Shown piece after piece: positions 1 through 4,367 of a stretch of 4,367 nt of DNA. A model generated the notes under the pieces. That model was not told where the DNA came from and made no database searches. It saw only the letters and a program-made list of their open reading frames with translations. A program made the translations under genes and the position numbers. The stretch is from a virus (taxonomy: Duplodnaviria > Heunggongvirae > Uroviricota > Caudoviricetes): the IMG/VR virus record IMGVR_UViG_2663763286_000026; one strand, 5' to 3'. Position 1 is the stretch's first letter. The number at the start of each line of letters is the position of its first letter.

Positions 1-1236
1 CTATGATAACCGCGCATTCAACATGGCTATCTGTTCGTCGTTCATGTCATCAATCCACATACCGTAAATTTCATACACCATCTGCGCAGTTTCATGCCCC
101 ATTTGGCTGGCTATAAATGCCGGGTTCGCTCCTGCCGTCAACAGCCAGCAGGCAAAAGTATGCCGCGTATGGTACGGATTACGGCGGCGAATACCAGCAC
201 GTTTTACTGCTGCATTCCACCTTGCCCCCAAACTGCTTACCGAGTAATAAGGTTTTTGTTTTCCGTTACACACCCTGGGCATGAAAACAAAATGCAGTTT
301 TTGCTTTTCGGTTCTGCCGTACTCCCGATGATAAAAGGTGATTTCGCTTTTGCGATGATGCCCGGTCAGTTTGTATTGCTCCTTCAGTGCTTCAAGAGCA
401 GGCTGCAGTAGTGTTACTGTCCGGATCCCGGCATTTGTTTTTGGGGGACCGAACATATCAAGTATCGTCAGGTTTCTTCTGACATTCACTATTCCCTTTT
501 CGAGATCCACATCCTCCCACGCCAGAGCTGCCAGTTCCCCGTGACGAAGTCCTGAGTAAACTGCAAATTTCCACATGTTCTGGCTCTGTCCTTTTTCACT
601 TTCCATTAATGCATTGAATTCTGTTTTAGATAACGGATCAGGCTTTATTCTGTTTCGCTGTAATTTTTTTACTCCTTCAAATGGTTTGGTTGATATAAAT
701 CCCGACTGATACGCAAAACGTAACAGCGAACAGAGCAGGGCGATATAGTTATCAACTGTGCGCACGGTTCTTCCTTTTTTGTTGGATCTTGGATTATCCA
801 GGTAAAGCGTTTCTCCATGCAGCAGTTCATTCCGGTAGTTTAAGATATCGCTATAACGAATATGTGATATCAGGGTACTTTCACAAATTATTATTCTGAG
901 TGTTTTTAATTGTGATTTCGTTTTCTTCATTGTGTTTGTTGTTAACTCTGTCTCTTTAATTTTTGTCCAGATATCACAAAGCTCTCCGAACGTTTTTATG
1001 ACTCTCGTTGTCACCATTTTTGCCCCAGTGCTGGACTGGGGAAAACGTCTTAAATACTCAAATTCACCGGAGTTTATTTCATGAACTATCAGCGCTCTTA
1101 AATTTCCGGCCTTTTTAATATTACTGTTTGTAATCTCCCAGCCTTTTAATGTTTCCCGACATCGTTTTCCTCGAAACATGAACCAGATGCGAATGTATCT
1201 ACCTCTAATCTCGACACCTGTTGGTAATTTAGACAT
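1..1236 (-). CDS. intR: Tyrosine site-specific recombinase (phage integrase), Rac prophage IntR-like, 411 aa
   Basis: Complete 411-codon ORF on minus strand (ATG = revcomp of 1234-1236, stop = revcomp of 1-3). C-terminal region carries tyrosine-recombinase hallmarks (H-T-R-H motif in ...NPYHTRHTFAC..., then ...QMGHETAQMVYEIYG... with the candidate catalytic Tyr). Lies immediately downstream of an excisionase-like gene (xis stop TGA, 1 nt, int ATG). Protein recognised from memory as Rac IntR; not verified by search. Confidence 0.9.
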   Translation of the reverse strand: MSKLPTGVEIRGRYIRIWFMFRGKRCRETLKGWEITNSNIKKAGNLRALIVHEINSGEFEYLRRFPQSSTGAKMVTTRVIKTFGELCDIWTKIKETELTTNTMKKTKSQLKTLRIIICESTLISHIRYSDILNYRNELLHGETLYLDNPRSNKKGRTVRTVDNYIALLCSLLRFAYQSGFISTKPFEGVKKLQRNRIKPDPLSKTEFNALMESEKGQSQNMWKFAVYSGLRHGELAALAWEDVDLEKGIVNVRRNLTILDMFGPPKTNAGIRTVTLLQPALEALKEQYKLTGHHRKSEITFYHREYGRTEKQKLHFVFMPRVCNGKQKPYYSVSSLGARWNAAVKRAGIRRRNPYHTRHTFACWLLTAGANPAFIASQMGHETAQMVYEIYGMWIDDMNDEQIAMLNARLS

Positions 1237-1237
1237 A

Positions 1238-1453
1238 TCATGAGTCTTTGATAAACTGATTTATCTTTGGATAGTTGTACCAGATAATCCCTCGTTTGCT
1301 GTCTGGCTTACCTAAAGGAGATACTCGTTTGAAGTGGAAGCCCTCCACCCAACAGTTCTGGCGGTATGCTTCAATTTGTCTGGCCCCCAGACCAGTGCGA
1401 AGCATCAGGCCGTATTCAACCATCCACTCTTCATTAAAGATTACTTGTGCCAT
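1238..1453 (-). CDS. xisR: Excisionase-like recombination directionality factor (YdaQ/XisR-like), 71 aa
   Basis: [19 protein letters not shown]...[11 protein letters not shown] at revcomp 1451-1453 is preceded by GAGGTGATGCG (SD-like AGAGGTG, about 6-nt spacer). The 79-aa form in the ORF track begins at a TTG without SD. Position directly upstream of and 1 nt from the integrase start is typical of xis-int pairs. Confidence 0.75.
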   Translation of the reverse strand: MAQVIFNEEWMVEYGLMLRTGLGARQIEAYRQNCWVEGFHFKRVSPLGKPDSKRGIIWYNYPKINQFIKDS

Positions 1454-1504
1454 CGCATCACCTCTGGCAGGCGCCAATGTTAGACTGAAATTGACGCCCG
1501 ATGT

Positions 1505-1520
1505 TGATTATTAATAATCA
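1505..1520. promoter_or_regulatory. 16-bp perfect palindrome TGATTATTAATAATCA in the xis upstream intergenic region; candidate operator or promoter element
   Basis: Read directly: 1505-1520 is its own reverse complement. It sits 52-67 nt upstream of the xis ATG in the only sizeable intergenic gap of the operon (1454-1552). It contains AATAAT (-10-like) on both strands; a -35-like TTGACG at 1491-1496 lies 16 nt upstream on the plus strand. Confidence 0.35.
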
Positions 1521-1552
1521 GCTATGAAGTTTTAATTTGAATACAATGCAAT

Positions 1553-1741
1553 TCACGAGGACTGAAGTTTCTCGCAATTAAAATTTATCAGTTTTACTTT
1601 CTGCTCTCTGGAAACGCCTGCTTCTTTTTTACCTGAGAGCATTTTTTCGCATTCTGATTTCGTTAGTTTAGATTTTGAATATCTTGTCCAGTTAGTAGGA
1701 GTGCCACCTTCCTTTTCAATAGTGGCGGTAATTTTATACAT
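1553..1741 (-). CDS. ydaC: Small Rac-prophage protein, YdaC-like; 62 aa from the SD-supported ATG (longer 86-aa form possible)
   Basis: ORF ending at stop revcomp 1553-1555. ATG at revcomp 1739-1741 is preceded by AACGGAGGTGTTC (strong SD GGAGGTG, 5-nt spacer). This ATG overlaps the last codons of ralR (ATGTATAA), suggesting translational coupling. The upstream ATG at 1813 has no SD. Identity as ydaC is from memory of Rac gene order and sequence; start codon uncertain. Confidence 0.6.
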   Translation of the reverse strand: MYKITATIEKEGGTPTNWTRYSKSKLTKSECEKMLSGKKEAGVSREQKVKLINFNCEKLQSS

Positions 1742-1928
1742 GAACACCTCCGTTATTATTTCCAGTGGTTCGTTTATTCCATCTTTCGAGTGCTTCTTTT
1801 TCACTTCCACCATAACCGGTTCGGGATTCGCATCCGTTACACTTCGCTCGGTAATATCCTGAAATGACTTTCACCGTTACTGATGGACAACCACAAAATG
1901 GACATGGTTTAACATTGTCATATCTCAT
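1734..1928 (-). CDS. ralR: Restriction-alleviation protein Lar / RalR (also described as a type I toxin with DNase activity), 64 aa
   Basis: ORF MRYDNVKPCPFCGCPSVTVKVISGYYRAKCNGCESRTGYGGSEKEALERWNKRTTGNNNGGVHV, with Cys cluster C9/C12/C14 ... C30/C33 (zinc-ribbon-like). Recognised from memory as K-12 Lar/RalR. Start taken as the ATG at revcomp 1926-1928 (64 aa); the preceding sequence GAGAAAAATT is only a weak SD. Located between recT and ydaC as in Rac. Confidence 0.75.
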   Translation of the reverse strand: MRYDNVKPCPFCGCPSVTVKVISGYYRAKCNGCESRTGYGGSEKEALERWNKRTTGNNNGGVHV

Positions 1929-1956
1929 AATTTTTCTCATAAAAAATATTTCAAGT

Positions 1957-1977
1957 TGGCGGTGCATTACACCGCCA
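1957..1977 (-). other. Perfect 8-bp stem / 5-nt loop hairpin in the recT-ralR intergenic spacer
   Basis: 1957-1964 TGGCGGTG pairs with 1970-1977 CACCGCCA; loop CATTA. On the minus-strand transcript it lies 8 nt after the recT stop. A U6 run follows only about 10 nt after the stem, so it does not look like a canonical intrinsic terminator. Confidence 0.3.
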
Positions 1978-1984
1978 GGCTGAA

Positions 1985-2794
1985 TTATTCCTCTGAATTA
2001 TCGATTACACTGTATTCCCCGGTTAATACAGAGGAATCTGCAGGATCGATTGTCAGTGGTTCCTTTTCATCCATTGATACTGCACGCTGGATCTCAATTG
2101 ATACGGGCAGATATTTGAACAGGCGACGAATAGCCGTTTTCTTTGCCATTTCTTCCCAGTGAGTTACCCACGGCCCGTTATTACCAGCTTTACTCAGGCT
2201 GCGCACCAGCTCAATCTGTTTGCGCGTCATAACTTCAAACTGAGTACCTCCGTCTTTCAGTCTTGCGACAGCATAGACGTGGGTAACCGGGGCATCTTCG
2301 TTTTCTCCCGGGCGGTGTATTAACTTTTCATCAAGGCCAAATTCGAAGCTAAACTCGTCACCTTCACGGACAACACGGGCTGACAGGCTGGCGATTTGAC
2401 CAGAACGGCGAGCCAGATCAATCATGCCGCGATAGCCAATGATTAGCTGAACGTTCTTTTTACCGCTCTTTTCGTTTTTATTACCAAAAGGCAGTAAATA
2501 TGCATGACCGAGGGCGCTACCTGGCTCAAGTCCGAGCTGTGAACACTGTACGATCGCACTGACAAAACTCATAGTGTCACAGTTTCCTAACGCCGGAACT
2601 TTACGAATTTCTGTGGTGGCGATACGGATCATACGTTCAGCCGTCATATGGCGTGGAAGAGCTGCTGCCAGTTGCTCTTTCATTGATGGCTGGTTAATAA
2701 AACTAATCACGTCGCTATTTTTAACTGCTGCTGGTGCACGGTTTCCCTGAGTTTTTTGCAGATCGGCTTTTGCGATTGGTGGTTGCTTAGTCAT
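1985..2794 (-). CDS. recT: RecT single-strand annealing protein (recombinase), 269 aa
   Basis: [32 protein letters not shown]...VIDNSEE, recognised from memory as RecT. ATG at revcomp 2792-2794 is preceded by GCTAAGGAATATGCAA (SD AAGGA, about 7-nt spacer). The start overlaps the recE stop by 8 nt (ATGACTAA). The 288-aa form in the ORF track is an upstream in-frame extension without SD. Confidence 0.92.
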   Translation of the reverse strand: MTKQPPIAKADLQKTQGNRAPAAVKNSDVISFINQPSMKEQLAAALPRHMTAERMIRIATTEIRKVPALGNCDTMSFVSAIVQCSQLGLEPGSALGHAYLLPFGNKNEKSGKKNVQLIIGYRGMIDLARRSGQIASLSARVVREGDEFSFEFGLDEKLIHRPGENEDAPVTHVYAVARLKDGGTQFEVMTRKQIELVRSLSKAGNNGPWVTHWEEMAKKTAIRRLFKYLPVSIEIQRAVSMDEKEPLTIDPADSSVLTGEYSVIDNSEE

Positions 2795-4240
2795 TTGCAT
2801 ATTCCTTAGCCCAGCGGGGCAGTGATAATGTCTTAATAGCTGGCCATTCATCGGTATTCAGGCAGTCAGACAGGGTTCGCAGATTGCGGTGATATTCCTG
2901 TTGACCTGCCAGTTTTGCTTCTTCGCCCATCATGAAAATTTCAACCGGATAACGTCCGCATTCAATAGTTGTGCTGGCAACCAGAAAAACGAAAGTTGGC
3001 TGCACTCCAAACTGTGCTTCATAACCGTCACTGTAGAATGCATCCTGAACGTGATAGCGGTAGTCGTAATAAGCGGTTTTGAATCGTTGAATATCCGCCG
3101 TAGTTTTCACGTCCATGATCCAGTGAAATTCAGGGATAATTTTGTCCGGACGGCACCGACACAAAATTCCTGTTTCAGGATCTTCCCAGTAAATTGATGA
3201 TTCAGCGTGTCCGGCGCTTTCAACAAGCCATTGCCCCAGCGGCAAAGCCATAACGCTTTGATACATGAGTTCAATTTTCCGGCCTTCTTCCGCAGTGATA
3301 ACTGTTTTTCCTGTGCTTGCGCATTCCATCAGAAACGCTTTCTCTTCTTCTTTTCCGGCGTTTGTACGGCGGTTAAATTCAGGTGCTACGATAAAGCGGT
3401 TACTGAATTCTTCCGGTTCAAGTACCCGGCAGTGGAAAGCGGTTCCTAAATCGAGCGTTTTTGTCTTTGTGGTGTCAACGGGGGCATTTTTACGCCACAA
3501 ATATAGTGCCGGAGTATCAGCAATGTCATCGAGCTGAGACTTACTGACACCGGGACCCGCGTGGTAATTCTCATTCGAAATTCCGTAATAAATACCTGGC
3601 TCTATGTCTTCTACGATTACGGGATCTGCGACTTCGCCAGTTTCATCACTGCAATCGCGATGCGGATCGCTGCCAGCATTCTCATTGTGCGGATGTTCAG
3701 CGCCTTCCATTTCCTCCGGATCATTTTCCTTAGCTTCAACCTGACTCTCTTCATCGAATGTTTCCTGGTATGTTGCGTCGCCCATCACCGCACCACAGTC
3801 AGGGCAGTTATCCCCGCCAGTCTGGCCGCAGGCATTGCAGGCTATTTCCGGTTCCTGTTGCACTACTGGCTCAGGTTGATTCATATCCGGGCTGGTTTTT
3901 TCCGTTTCTGGCTGGTTCTGGTACACACAATCGCGAGTCTGGATCCCCTTTACCCATTTCGGATCGTTCGGGTCGCTAATTCCGTCAACAAATTCACCAC
4001 GTGATGCAGCAAGCAATTTATCGGCATCGACAGGATCTTTTGATGGAATGTTTTTCCGGGCTTCATGGAGTTCTGCCCGCAGTTCCTGATATTTCGCATC
4101 AATAGAATTTACCTGTGACTGAGCATCCAGCGGCTGCGTGTCCTGATGATGTTCAGTTGCGTCCGGTTCCATTGTTTCAGCCTCTCCCTGTTCAACTGCC
4201 GTTGTTCCAGATGGTTGCGGTTTTTCTTCATCATCCTGTT
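2787..4240 (-). CDS. recE: recE (exodeoxyribonuclease VIII) 3' portion, about 484 codons, 5'-truncated by an IS insertion; gene fragment, possibly pseudogene
   Basis: Translation from ...[26 protein letters not shown]... to ...[13 protein letters not shown] matches RecE central and C-terminal regions from memory (full-length RecE is 866 aa). The 500-codon ORF in the track begins at an ATG (revcomp 4287-4289) that lies inside IS-derived sequence and has no SD, so the native 5' end is absent. Stop at revcomp 2787-2789. Confidence 0.8.
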
Positions 4241-4255
4241 TGAGGTAGCCTGAGT

Positions 4256-4284
4256 TTAACGGACACTCCTTCCTGAAATAGAAT
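4256..4284 (+). promoter_or_regulatory. Candidate inward-reading transposase promoter in the IS left end (-35 TTAACG 4256-4261, 17-nt spacer, -10 TAGAAT 4279-4284)
   Basis: Hexamers read directly from the sequence; position upstream of the orfA SD and ATG is consistent with IS3-family organisation. Not experimentally supported. Confidence 0.25.
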
Positions 4285-4304
4285 GGCATCAGAAGGAGCT
4301 AATA

Positions 4305-4367
4305 ATGAGCAGAAAAACCCAACGTTACTCTAAAGAGTTCAAAGCCGAAGCTGTCAGAACGGTTCTT
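4305..4367 (+). CDS. IS3-family transposase OrfA (helix-turn-helix N-terminus), first 21 codons only; truncated by the window edge
   Basis: ATG at 4305-4307 preceded by GAAGGAG with a 6-nt spacer. Translation MSRKTQRYSKEFKAEAVRTVL is open to the end of the window. It is absent from the ORF track only because it runs off the window. Confidence 0.65.
   Translation, partial: MSRKTQRYSKEFKAEAVRTVL

Larger units (their letters stand above)
4241..4367 (+). mobile_element. Left end of an IS3-family insertion sequence (IS600-like), partial; continues beyond the window
   Basis: The recE reading frame loses RecE-like sequence at about 4241, where the sequence becomes TGAGGTAGCCTGAGTTTAACGGACACTCC... 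(IS3-family ends begin 5'-TG). An SD (GAAGGAG, 4292-4298) and an ATG at 4305 follow 64 nt inside, opening an ORF MSRKTQRYSKEFKAEAVRTVL typical of IS3-family OrfA N-termini. Exact boundary is ambiguous by 1-2 nt; family assignment is from memory. Confidence 0.65.

Noticed and set aside
94-411. 105-aa plus-strand ORF
   Set aside because: Lies entirely antisense within the well-supported integrase gene; no SD; composition looks like a shadow ORF.
1238-1477. 79-aa long form of xis
   Set aside because: The first codon is TTG without SD, whereas the ATG at 1453 has a good SD (AGAGGTG); the shorter form is preferred.
1275-1514. 79-aa plus-strand ORF
   Set aside because: Antisense to the xis gene and extends into the intergenic palindrome region; no recognisable start context. 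More likely a shadow ORF than a gene.
1553-1813. 86-aa long form of ydaC
   Set aside because: The ATG at 1813 has no SD and would overlap ralR by 80 nt; the ATG at 1741 has a strong GGAGGTG SD. Kept as an alternative only.
1734-1967. 77-aa long form of ralR
   Set aside because: The upstream ATGs lack an SD and one lies in the loop of a stable hairpin; the 64-aa form matches the remembered Lar length.
1956-2162. 68-aa plus-strand ORF
   Set aside because: Antisense to the recT 3' end; no start signal; low-complexity translation.
1985-2851. 288-aa long form of recT
   Set aside because: An in-frame upstream extension running inside recE with no SD; the ATG at 2794 has an SD and gives the expected 269-aa RecT.
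2889-4004. Five plus-strand ORFs (2889-3197, 3207-3449, 3265-3537, 3561-4004, 3758-3979)
   Set aside because: All lie antisense within the recE coding region, overlap one another in different frames and lack start signals; treated as shadow ORFs.
4287-4289. ATG that opens the 500-codon ORF, as the genuine recE start
   Set aside because: This ATG and the first 16 codons are encoded by IS-derived sequence, and the upstream context (TTATTAGCTCCTTCTG) has no SD. It is a fortuitous fusion start, not the native RecE N-terminus.
4241-4304. Outward-reading promoter in the IS end driving recE-recT
   Set aside because: Only an inward promoter candidate was seen in the IS left end; no convincing minus-strand -35/-10 pair was found in this stretch. 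Left as an open question, not a feature.
1-4367. CRISPR arrays, tRNA or rRNA genes, novel defence-system gene clusters
   Set aside because: No direct-repeat/spacer periodicity and no tRNA-like structure noticed. Every sizeable ORF is accounted for by recognisable Rac-prophage or IS genes, so there is no unexplained coding capacity.

Overview
This 4.4-kb window reads as the left arm of a Rac-type lambdoid cryptic prophage (Escherichia/Shigella-like). All prophage genes lie on the minus strand in the order intR (integrase), xisR/ydaQ (excisionase-like), ydaC, ralR/lar, recT, recE. recE has lost its 5' part at about position 4241, where the left end of an IS3-family insertion sequence begins; its orfA starts at 4305 and runs off the window. 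Calls rest on recognising the translated ORFs from memory of the E. coli K-12 Rac proteins (no database search was possible), on Shine-Dalgarno-supported ATG starts read from the sequence, and on the compact overlapping gene layout. I do not see evidence for a new, undescribed system here. The items most worth a second look are the IS-mediated truncation of recE (C-terminal nuclease region and intact recT retained), a 16-bp perfect palindrome upstream of xis, and the ralR/ydaC module, where a described antisense sRNA antitoxin is expected but cannot be placed from sequence alone.
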